Assembly (NCBI GenBank): GCA_013239625.1
Contig: MU054400.1
Span: 1,037,146 to 1,101,145, forward strand
Direction of reading: 5' to 3'
Source of the DNA: Lama guanicoe
Lineage: Eukaryota
DNA length: 64,000 bases
Part shown: positions 24,723-35,289 of the stretch, piece after piece
Layout of the letters: each line of letters begins with the position of its first letter
Numbering within the stretch: position 1 is the stretch's first letter
The notes under the pieces: generated by a model
The model's database searches: none
Told to the model about the DNA's origin: nothing
What the model saw: only the letters and a program-made list of their open reading frames with translations
Translations under genes and position numbers: made by a program

Positions 24723-27700
24723 TGAAGGAGGATTAATAAAATGGCCACACTTAGGCTAACAGATTGCTTATTCTTATGTTTGTCCTTAAAACGGTCAACT
24801 GACCTGACTGGCCAGTTGCTACTCACAGTTCCAGGCCATTGTTAAAACAAAAGCTATTGATCTTACTGTTTCTACTTTATTCCAGTCACTGAAAGTAATA
24901 ATCATACTTGGTCTCTGAGTCATTCTCTAAGGAGGTCACAGGACTGTAACCTTACAAAATAGCCTGAATTACCAAGAAGACCACACCTTGAGTGTTTACA
25001 AGACAAAGAGATCCAACTGCTGGCCTCTATAGAACTGGTCACCTGAAGGCATCATGTCACCATTCTAAGTCTTCTGATGAGAAAATTATTCTGTTGCTTG
25101 TTATCAATGCTGTATTGTTTGAGCTATGGCTGTATATCCACCCCACCCCATCTCCAAGGTGGGTTCAGTTTTGAAGGCACTAGCCTGCTATGAGTCCCCT
25201 TTGCCAGGCAAAACAATAAAATTGCCTCTTCTAAGCTCCAAGACCTTGTCTCTGAATTATTTGGCTCATCAGGGATGGGACCGATCTTTTGGCAACAAAA
25301 TCTTGGCGCCCACGCCGAGGCAAGAACCACCCTCTTTTCTAAGAGGGGCTTCAGGTTCCATCCCGTTGCCAGGCCAACAAGGCTCAAACGACTGCCACTC
25401 CAGGCTGACAGGAAGGACAACAGAATGGAGCCCAGCAACTGCCAGAGCCTTTTTGCCCTGGGGATCCTTTCATCCCATGCCCTTCCATCCATCAACGGAC
25501 TGCAACCACCCAAACTAACTCCTTGGAGGAGGAAAAGATTTTTCTGTTTCTTCTGAAACGTCGCATCTGATCTGCAGGCCTAGGGTAAGTTCCCGGTGAT
25601 GACCGAGGCCCCTTGATCTCACCTTGAGAGTTCTCTAATTAGACCGACAGGGAACTCTTGTTTGTATCTGAAACGGGTACCCACTTGTAACAGAGATCTC
25701 TGGGCTGAGAGGACTTGGAAGCAAAAATATTTGTAGTTTGAAATTTGAATTTGCTTTAGCCTGTCATTTGTAAGTTTGTGCTTCCGTTTACCGATAAAGG
25801 CCTGGTATTGCAATCTGAAATTTGCATTTGTATTTGTACTTTGTATTTAAAATAAGTTGCTATTGGTGGGGGGGGGCTGTCTGTTCCATCTAATAGCCCA
25901 TTGGGTAAGATTTTGAATGACTGGTTTAATTATGGTTATCCACCTATGACTAAGAAAAAGATGGTATTTTACTCTAATACTGCTTGAGTAATGTACACTT
26001 TAGCTGTGGGGAACACTGACCTGAAAATGGGTTGGTAAATTACTAAATCATTCTCCAGTTAGAACTGTATTGCCAGAGAAAAGGTAAACAGGAAGAAATA
26101 CCATATATACAAGCCTTTATGAAATACCATGTATACAAGCCCGTAATGAGAAAGGTAATGATTGACAGGGCTCACGGCTCTTAGCCATTTTAAAGACCCC
26201 TGTAACAATTGCCACCCAAGAGCCTTAGGTACAACTGACAGTGGGGTCTCAACTAGTGGACTTTCTAACTTCTAAACGTCTAACTTTTAAACTTCTGTCC
26301 CAGTATCAATGACTCAACTGCTGTTATGACCTCTGGAATGCAAACTTTGAGAAAGGGAGTAATTTGGAAAAAACAGAAATCTTAAATGTCTTCTATAGAA
26401 GTTAGCAAAAATGTTTAGTATCTAGACAGGCAACTTTGATTTATTCCATCTGCCAGAAACCCAATTTGACTCCAACCTCTTGTAACTGATGAGTCTTACA
26501 CTGTGGTATCTGATTCATAGCTAAAAGTTTAAAACAGGAACTATGAGATCTCTGTGTTTGTGTGTTTGTACGTACCCATATGTGTGTTGTAGATGTGTGG
26601 CATTGCCAAAATTAACTTGTAAAAGAGCTCTATTTAATTGGCTTAAAGAAACTCAAATGCTTATATAAATACTCAGAAATATAAAAGAAACTGGCCAGAA
26701 TGAAAGTTGGATTCATATGATCTAAAAAAAAATCAGTACTGAATCGATGCCTGATATTTGAAGCTAGCTTAAGCCTATTGGTTTAATTAATATAGACATG
26801 TCTCAAAATTCATTAATGTTAAGCATAAAATTTCTATTGTACTTAGGTTTAATATAAGTCCAATAAGACATTGTCATATCTGTTACAAATTTGTCAGCAA
26901 AAAAAACAAGTTGGAATAATATTCTTGTAACTAACTTAAATGCAAATGAGAAAGAGCTTTTGGGTAAACTTTTAAGGAATGATTATTTCAGGAATGTTCA
27001 CTCAAATGATCTCCCCAGATATTTGGTAACTCAAAACTTTAGAGTTTTGCTAAATTAAGTTAAATGATGGAAGTTTATTAAATAGTTAGGTCATTTTCAG
27101 ATAAAATAATATATCAAAACATTAATTGTGGAATATTGACTTCCTCTTATAGAGAAACTAAAGATATTTAGAAATAAATATTAACAAATGTTGTTAATGA
27201 AAAAAAGAGTGACTTTGTCTTAAAGCTAGTTGCTTCTGAATGAAAAAGAAAACAAGGGACAAAATAATATGGATACAGAAAGTTATGGAAGGTTTGTGAA
27301 AGAGGAACCCTGAGAAAAGAGTTTTGTACATGGCTGAGGTTGGCTAAGTTTAAAATAAATTTAGTTGATTAAATAAATCTTAAAAGTAAGCTGGTACGAG
27401 GTGATTAGATTTGGTTCTCTCTCTCTCTCTGTTATGAGGACAAAGTTTTCTTAAAATGTTAATCTGCTTTTAGTAACAGATTGTAAAGTTTCTTTTACCC
27501 GTTAAGTGATCTGTTCTGTATTTACCCTTGGACTATTTTTATTGTTAATGAATAAGTACTGTTTCATAGTAACCTATACTTTTATCTGACCAAGTGTTTT
27601 GAAACTTTTTAACAAGCTTCCCAAATATCAAATTTTAATCAGAATTCTTTTGACCTACAGCTAAATATGCGATACTTCAGAGGACCCCTGAAACATCCCA

Positions 27701-29486
27701 AAGAGAGATTTTAAACTAGTAAGTTTCATTTGGTATGTTAAATAACATAGGAAGTATTGTCAAATGAATAATAAATCTTCCTAGGTTATATTGTATGGAA
27801 AATATTATTAATATAGATATTCTAGAAATTACATGGAATCCCTAAAAATCTGGTATGTCTAAAATGTTACCAGTCATAATTATGGTTATTGTAACCAGAT
27901 TTCTTTATCGATTACAGTGTAACTAAGTGTTTAACCATGCTTTTAAGTCTTTTGTCATTTATAGACAGTTACTCTTTTATTCTGATGCTTTTGCGAAATG
28001 CTTTCTCCTCAAGGAGATTTACTGGTTTCTGATAAACTTCAAACTATGGCACTGAACTAAACTGGGTAAGAAATTTTAAAAGGCTGATGAAAACTGATTT
28101 TATAAAACTGTTAACAAAAAAGAAAGGATTAGTTACATGGGGCTGAGTAAAGTGATGAATATGGTTATAATTTTTGGTTTTGTCTGAAGTATTAATGGCT
28201 TTTAATCCGTGTTCTCCAGATATAAAGAAGCCCTTCTTCTCAAGTTAATTATGACTTATAGCAGTTTGGTAAACTATACCTTTTGAAGTAGAATTAAAAC
28301 AATTATCTTTTCTCTCTATCTGATCCCTCCAGAGACTGGAAACTTTTAGGTTCCCAGTGGCTTTATCAGATAAATTAGGAAAATTACCTTCTAACAGGTA
28401 TAGGAATCTCAAGGTATTTTTGAGGACCTTGAAGAGAAAAGAATTCACCTAAGTCTATAAGGCAAAATTTCCTGGCCTTAGGAAACCTTATTAAAATTCT
28501 AGCCTGAGATTCCTTATTAAAAGTTATAACACAGCCAATTTAAAAGAGCCTATATGATCAAATAATCAGACTTAATTTGTGGACAAATTAATCTTGATTT
28601 AGCTATATTTGATAAAACTGAGGGTAACTTTAGAGAGAAAAAGATTATATTTCAGTGGATATTAAATTCTAGTTTTTTTTTAAACTAAATTCTAGTTTTG
28701 TTAATTGAGGTCTATATTTACTAAGACTCACTTCCCAGATCATTCCTTGCTGTCTTGATACATTGCTGCAAAGTTTAATTGAATTATTAAAAGGACAGTC
28801 TAGGTTTGTTTCTGAAGCTCTGTCATCTGTCCTTGGATGAAGATCCAATGCCCCATCACCTGCAACCAGGGGACTATACATACTGGAACAGACATGATTT
28901 AAAGAACTATCTTCAGTCTGAATGGAAGGACCCTTTATCAGGTATTCTTAACTAGACCACGCACAGTGAAAGCTAAAAGAAATTGACTTTTGGATTAATT
29001 TCCAGTCAGAAAGAGCCCCTGCACCGGACTGGCCTATAGAGGACTGCTCACCTTAAAACAGTGCTCAAGTGGACAAGAAGCTACCAGACCAGGATGAGAA
29101 GAAGACGACATCTGAGGTAAACAGCTGACCCAAGACACCGGACCAGGCCTGTATGCCAATTACTATGATAACTGCTCATATCTTTGCTTATGAACAATGC
29201 CTGTGTAACATTTTCCTTAAAGATAAGGACTGGTACAGAACAGACCAAGTCAAATGACCTGAGGATACACTGAGCTGCTCCTAATGAAGTTCTTGGCTTA
29301 ACTTTTTACTTATGACCTTACTAATACTGCTAACTATATTATTTATATTTTGCCTGTTTCACAAAATTGTTATTTCTTGCATTATCAAATATGTGACTGA
29401 GCCTCTGATAAAATAATGTCTAGGCAACTTTAAACAGTAAAATACTTCTGTATGCGACCAATGACTGTAGTAGTAGGACTTTAGAT
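24723..29486 (+). mobile_element. Nested class I (ERV1, MER4-group-like non-autonomous) element: 5' LTR plus internal sequence, no 3' LTR
   Basis: LTR TGAAGGAGG...GGCAACA (24723-25297, AATAAA at 25215). PBS-like TGGCGCCCACGCCGAGGC at 25304. Donor AGG|GTAAGT at 25585. Gag MA relic SPLGKILNDW...IILQLELYCQRKGKQEEIPYIQAF (~25870-26120). Protease start EP*VQLTVGSQLVDFL (~26215-26268). Long AT-rich tract. Integrase C-terminal relic GDYTYWNRHDLKNYLQSEWK../YQVFLT (~28870-29030). Confidence 0.88.
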
Positions 29487-30044
29487 ACGGGGCTACCTAT
29501 GACTATTAAAGCAGATAATGGACAGGCTTATACTAGTAATCAGCTGAAACAATACTTTGAAAAATGACACATTACTCATACTACTGGACTTCCTTATAAC
29601 CCCCAGGGTCAAGCTATTGTTAAACGAGCTAATCATTCTTTGAAACAAATGTTACAAAAACAAAAAGGGGGAAATGGTAATATTCATGCTAAATTACATA
29701 AAGCCCTATTTACCTTAAATTTTTTAACTGTTCAAGCTACATCTGACACTGCCACTGAGCTTCATTAGATCCCCTCATCTAAGTCAAAACAGCGTTTTCC
29801 CGAATGGCCCCTAATTTGGTGGGAAGATCCATTAACTGGGATATAGTCTCATGGGAAGTTAGTAACATGGGGATAAGGGTTTGCATGTGTCTCCCCAGGG
29901 CCAGATACAGAACCCATGTGGGTGCCCAGCTGGAGGATTAAGCCCCACGATGGACAGTCAAAAGAAAAGACACTTCTACTGGGACGTCGAAAGGCCCGTA
30001 ATGCAGATGGAAGGCTTAAAGATACAAACAACTCAACTGACTGA
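29487..30044 (+). pseudogene. pol: Betaretroviral integrase, C-terminal two-thirds, with stops
   Basis: GLPMTIKADNGQAYTS...HTTGLPYNPQGQAIVKRANHSLKQMLQKQKGG...ALFTLNFL...TWG*GFACVSPG...WVPSWRIKP. Confidence 0.95.
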
Positions 30045-31880
30045 TGCTGCCCACCGTGCTCACATGGGGCCAGATTGAACGTTTATGTCAAGAAGCAGAA
30101 AATCTTCTGGAGGAACAGGAAAAACCGGCTACAGCTCCCAACCTGGTTGCAGCCACTTTCTCCCTAATTACTATTGCAGTACGTAGTCTCCCATGTACCT
30201 ACGCTAGCAATTATACATACTGGGCATATATTCCTAATCCTGCATTGCTTCGTCCAGTTACCTGGGGTGAGCCTTCTGTGCCCGTCTATGTTAATGATTC
30301 TTCATGGATCCCGGGACGGAGGATCAACGATTACCACTGCATCCCTTGGAAGAAGGGATGCAGTTCAATATAACTATGGGTTTTGAGGACCACCCTATAT
30401 GTGTAGGAATGGCTCTCAAATGCTTAAAATTATCCATGCAAGCTTGGCTGGCTATTAGTCCAAAAAATAGAAACTCCAGCAAGGCTCAGTTACACATGTT
30501 TTCTGGGTTAAGTTTTAGATATGAAGAAGTTAATAATACTGATCTAAATCCACCGAAGTGACTTTTGTGTAAAATTAATAGAATTTGGGCTACCGAGAGA
30601 GACGTTATCCATTGGGATCATTGCCGAGGAACTAATTATGTGATTTTACTTAATGATTCCTATGGAATTGTAGTGGACTGGTCCCCTAAGGGGTATGCAG
30701 TCCAGAATTGTTCACATATAAATTCCTCTTGTAATCCTCATAAAGCTTTGAAGTGGAGTGTGAATAACTGTAATCATACTTCTATCACCACGCATGTGGA
30801 ATATCCTATCATCTGGCATGGGGGAAGCATGGTAGCTCCCATCCCGCAGACATTTGGTAGGGCAATCCACAATGAAGTATGGAAAATGGAAAATGGCCTT
30901 GAGCCTCCGAGAGTTTAAGATATGGGAAGGTCGTTGTCGACACAATCAAAACTACTGCCTCAATTTTCATACCTTTCCTAATTCAACCCATTGTATTCAA
31001 ACCTGCCTGAGAAATCCACTTGTTTTTCTTACTGAGACATTTTCTTTTAACCATTCTAATAAGGAACTTTTTGGACAGGGAATATTGTATACCTGTATGA
31101 ACACTACCATGTATCATGCTCATCATTCTTATTTTATCTTGAGAAGGCATCTGGGCTCCTGGATTCCTCTTTGCCAGATCAGGCCTTGGGAAAGTTCTCC
31201 AGACGTGCATGCTTTACTAACCAGTTTGGAGACGTTACTCAAACGTTCTAAAAGATTCCTTGGATTGCTAATCACGGCAATAATGGGCATTATAGCCATT
31301 GCCACCACTGCTGCAGTGGCAGGGTTGGCGTTGCAACAAACCATTCAAACCACACATTTTGTGCAGGAATGGCATGAAAATGCTAGTTCTGCTTGGGGGA
31401 GTCAAACTCACATAGATGAAGAAATCAACTCTCGTTTAATTGACCTCGAGAGTGCTTTGGTTTGTCTAGGGGAGGAAATGCAAAATGTTAAACTGCGATT
31501 ACATTTAAAATGCAATTGGAATGTCACCTCCTTTTGTGTAACCCCATATTTATACAATCAAACTGCCACCCCCTCTGAATACAGTTTTTCGCCACCTTTT
31601 GGGGCATAAAGATAACCTAACCCTGGATGTAAAACCATTACAGGCCAAAATGACTGGTATGCAACATGCGGCCCAACAGTTGCTGCCTTCCTCTGAAACT
31701 ATAGTGGGCTAGAATCATTGAACCCTGTTAGCTGGATTAAAAATTGGGGAGGAGGGTTATTAGGGCTATTGTCATGTTGGCTATATGTCTAATACTTCTC
31801 TGCTTAGTCTTCAGGTGCTTGCAGCAAAACTTCAGCAGACTAATGAAGAATGCTGCTCTCTCTGCGTTCCTCCTGATATA
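29950..31880 (+). pseudogene. env: Beta-type env, several frameshifts and stops
   Basis: TWGQIERL, NYTYWAYIPNPALLRPVTW, furin site RSKR (~31244-31255), fusion peptide FLGLLITAIMGIIAIATTAAVAGLAL, Cx7C loop CNWNVTSFC. No CKS-17 immunosuppressive domain. Splice acceptor ctccccAG at 29898. Confidence 0.94.
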
Positions 31881-31898
31881 AAAACAAAAAGGGGGAGA
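31880..31898 (+). other. 3' polypurine tract
   Basis: AAAAACAAAAAGGGGGAGA directly abuts the TG of the 3' LTR. Confidence 0.93.
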
Positions 31899-32400
31899 TG
31901 TGGGAAAACAAGTCAACATGATGTCTCCTTGAGAACAAGAAAACAAGAAGTTCCCTTGTGGGGGCCTGGGATGCAGCACAGAACTAAGGTGTTTCCTGAG
32001 GGCAAGCAACGCGGGTCTCGGAACACTGAGCCATGCATGAGCAGAGCACTGCTCCTGCACGTACACAATCCCGTTTGCCTAAGGGAGTCATTAAAGTTTC
32101 TGTGACGTTCGTTGGCCCCTTCACAAAGGGCCCAGATGGAGACATAAAGATGATTAATACTGCTTTGCTACGCTTTGAACACTGGGGGTCTGTAGATTAC
32201 TATTACTGCATTGAATTATTCAAAATTATTTCCTGCAGTACGATGACAATACATACAATGCAAACCAGCCGTTCGAGGCTCTTGATACTTGAGATCTTGA
32301 GTCCCCTGGTCCCATCTTTGATTCTCTATCTGTCTGTGTGTTTCTTATGTTCTGTGGCACCCGTCCATAAACAGGAACCCTTGTTGCGCTGGACACAAAA
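31899..32400 (+). repeat. 3' LTR of the betaretroviral provirus
   Basis: Direct repeat of the 5' LTR. Hand alignment gives about 40 substitutions and about 6 indels. Confidence 0.95.
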
Positions 32401-32645
32401 GGAGAGAGATATATTAGAGATTTATTACAAAGAATTGGCTTATGTGATTGTGGAGGCTGGCAAGTCTGAAATCTGTAGAGCAGGCTGAAAATTCTCAGGC
32501 AAGAGTTGATGTTGCATTGTCAATGCAGGAATTCTTCCTCTTCAGGGAAATCTGTTTTTCTCTTAAGGCCTTTCAATTGACTGAATGAGGTCCACCCACA
32601 TTATCAAGAGTAAGCTCCTTTACTCAAAGTCAACTGATTATAGAA
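32401..32645 (-). mobile_element. MLT2 (ERV-L) LTR, right part
   Basis: AGAGATTTATTACAAAGAATTGGCTTATGTGATTGTGGAGGCTGGCAAGTC...GAGGTCCACCCACATT...TTTACTCAAAGTCAACTGATT is a typical MLT2 stretch. Confidence 0.85.
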
Positions 32646-32758
32646 TTAAAAAAATTTTTCCCCAGATTTATTGAGATATAATTGACAAATAACATTGTAG
32701 TAAGCTTAAGATGTACAATGTAATGATTTGATAAACATGTATGTTGCAAAATGATTAT

Positions 32759-33450
32759 ATGAGAGAATAGAAAAAATACATATTTGTCTCTAACTCTAGT
32801 TCCTGGCACAGAGCTCCTAAAACCCTTGTAATTTCCTAAGTAATAACAGTACTGTGTTTTAATAGTTGGTCTTTGACCCTGGTTCCTGACAGGATTCCTA
32901 AATCCCTTGGAATTTTCTGGGTAATATCGGTGTCTTTCGTTTTAATGAGGTAATTCTTGGTGGGCTCTTGGATAGGGGCTGGTCACCCAAAAAGACCAAA
33001 GCATAATTAGAAGTTTGGAATTTTCATTCCCATCTATTCTTCAGAGAGGGGAATGGAGTTAATAACTGATCATACTTATGTGATGAAGCCTCCATAAAAA
33101 TCCCAATAGTATGGTGCTTAGGTAACTTCCAAGCTGGTGAACACATCCATGTACTGGGAGGGCAATGCACCCCAACTCCACAGGGATGGGAACTCTTGTG
33201 CTTGGAACTCTCCCAGACCTCTTTGATGTATCTCTACATCTGGCTTTTTATCTGTATTCTTTATCATATCCTTTATTATATAATAAACTTATAAAGGTAA
33301 GTGTTCCCCTCAGTTCTGTGAGTTGTTCTAGCTAGCAAATAATCAAATCCAAGGGGGCGCAGGTCATGGGAACCCCCAATTTGTATTTAAGTCAGAAGTT
33401 GTGGGTAACCTGGGGACCTACTACTTGTGATGGCATCTGAAGTGGGGAGA
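32759..33450 (+). mobile_element. MER21-like LTR
   Basis: GGCACAGAGCTCCTAAAACCCTTGTAATTTCCTAAGT...GAAGCCTCCATAAAAATCCC...AAGCTGGTGAACACATCCATGT. Reverse-complement homology to 16485-17097, 41950-42400 and 62085-62880. Confidence 0.65.
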
Positions 33451-33455
33451 ATTAC

Positions 33456-34050
33456 AGTCCTCTCCTTGTTTCTGCAACTGGTCATGTGGTCGTAGCTAAG
33501 AGCTTCTTTCAATACCCATTCCATACTCCCTTTGCTCTCAGCAAGCACCTCAGCTGGTTGTGGTTCTTTGTGGTAGGATGAGCTAAACCTCTATTCCTGG
33601 AGAGTCTGGGTCATAAGTAGTCCTGCCTGAACTGCATTGTTATAGTTTTCCACTGGCTTTAATCCTAGGGCATAGTAATAGTAGAAGACTCCCTAAGAGA
33701 TTACTTGTAGTCCAGATATAATTTTCCATATCTCCATTGTATAGTAGCAGCCCAATTTTCCTTTGGTAATAAGGATCAATCACCCCAATCGTTATAGTAA
33801 CTCCCTTCTTTGCCTGTTGATTGGAGGCACGAGGAACTCAAAGTAGCCAGGCGGCAGTCTTAACTTCAGGTCAATGAAATCATCGTTGTGTCTCCTAGTG
33901 GAAGCATTCCCCCCTTTGGAACTAAGACTTCTAGACAAGCAGAGCATAAGGTCATGGGGACAGAAGCAAAAATTTTGCTAGTAAACCCCTGGGAGTAATA
34001 GGGTACCACTCCATTTCTACCTCTTTATTCCTGGACTTGTGAATATTGGT
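33456..34050 (-). pseudogene. ERV-L internal fragment (integrase end and dUTPase)
   Basis: Minus-strand translation LEVLVPKGGMLPLGDTTMISL..KLRLPPGYFEFLVP..NQQAKKGVTITIGVIDPYYQRKIGLLLYNG resembles the ERV-L dUTPase. Orientation fits the MLT2 being its 3' LTR. Confidence 0.85.
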
Positions 34051-34769
34051 TTAGAGAATATTCAGCCTCCTAGAGGAATCTTTGTACATATCTCTGATTT
34101 GATGGGATAAATTTGCAGAAGTAAGAGTACTAAGTCAATAGGTATAAGCATTTTTAAGCGTCTTGATAGACTATGCTCCGTTGCCCTCTAGGATGTCATG
34201 TCAGAGTTCACACCCTTTAGAAACATGAGTATTGTCTATTTAAATACACTGTTATCAGTACTGCTACTGCATATTATCATTGTCAGCTCCATTGAATAAA
34301 CTGTTCTAAGAAGGACTTTCTGTTGAGGAGGGAAGTCAAATATCTTGCAACCACATGCCAGATTTTTAAAAAAATCTGTACATTGATTGAAAAAAAAAAG
34401 ACCGACAAGCAAAACTCAAGCACTGGTTGGAAAATTGCTACAATTATGATAAAGAAGTTTCCAAAACTACCTCATCGTCTACTTGACATCAGTCCCTCCA
34501 TCCTCATTAGAATAGGCAGCACTCAATCTGTTTGCAGGTGACCAATAAAAAACCATCATACAAAAGCTACCTTTGTGATTAGAAAAAGCCATTTATAGGT
34601 GAAAAAACTAGTTTATGATGAAATACGCAATGCAAGTTCATTTTGCAGAACTGAATGCAATGAAAATACTGGAACAGCCCAATGAATGAACAGGGCACTG
34701 GAATTAGGACAAGAATTCCTGTATCTATCCTGATTTCTATATATCTGCGTAGTTGATTATAGAGTTTAT

Positions 34770-34921
34770 TTTTTTATTTTTTAATTTTTTTGGTGGGGTG
34801 AGCTAATTAGAGGTTTTTTAAAATTTATTATTATTATTTTTTTTAATGCAGGTACTGGGGATTGAACTCAGGGCCTTGTGCATGTTAGGTATGCACTCTA
34901 CCACTGAGCTATACCCTCCCC
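34770..34921 (-). mobile_element. Vic-1-like SINE
   Basis: GGTACTGGGGATTGAACTCAGGGCC...CACTGAGCTATACCCTCCC. Confidence 0.88.
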
Positions 34922-35127
34922 ACATCATAGAGTTTTAAAATACCAAAACTTAAGGATCTGGAAGCAGAAAAGACAACTAGGAAATCTGTTTATGTAGGGT
35001 AAACCTACTCAAAGTTATAACATTGTATGAATTTTTCATAATATTGACTTTTTATTTTCAGGTGTGATTGATAATAGTATTGTGGGTGTTTTAAAAGAGA
35101 AATGAATAATAAAACACTTATGGATAT

Positions 35128-35275
35128 ATAGCAGTCCCTCCTTATCCATGTGGTATATGTTCCAAGACCCCCAGTGGATTGCTGAAACTGTGAATAGTAC
35201 TGAATGCTTCATATACTATGTTTTTTACTATTCATATATGCCTATGATAAAGTTTAATTTATAAATCAGGGACAG
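35128..35275 (+). mobile_element. MER44/Tigger7-type DNA transposon fragment
   Basis: CAGTCCCTCCTTATCC...GTTCCAAGACCCCCAGTGGAT...CTATGATAAAGTTTAATTTATAAAT. Confidence 0.8.
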
Positions 35276-35289
35276 AAACAAATTTCTGG

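Larger units (their letters stand above)
21196..32400 (+). mobile_element. Betaretrovirus-like (ERV2/ERVK) provirus, defective, with nested insertions
   Basis: Order is LTR-PBS-gag-pro-pol-env-PPT-LTR with betaretroviral protein motifs. Possible degenerate 6-bp TSD GAAGAG (21190-21195) / GGAGAG (32401-32406). Confidence 0.97.

Noticed and set aside
30854..31609. 251-aa env ORF as a syncytin-like captured envelope
   Set aside because: It is one fragment of a multiply frameshifted env, with no signal peptide and no in-frame transmembrane anchor.
32033..32488. 151-aa ORF in the 3' LTR as an MMTV sag-like gene
   Set aside because: No recognisable similarity. It crosses the LTR end into MLT2, and the 5' LTR copy has indels and a stop in the same frame.
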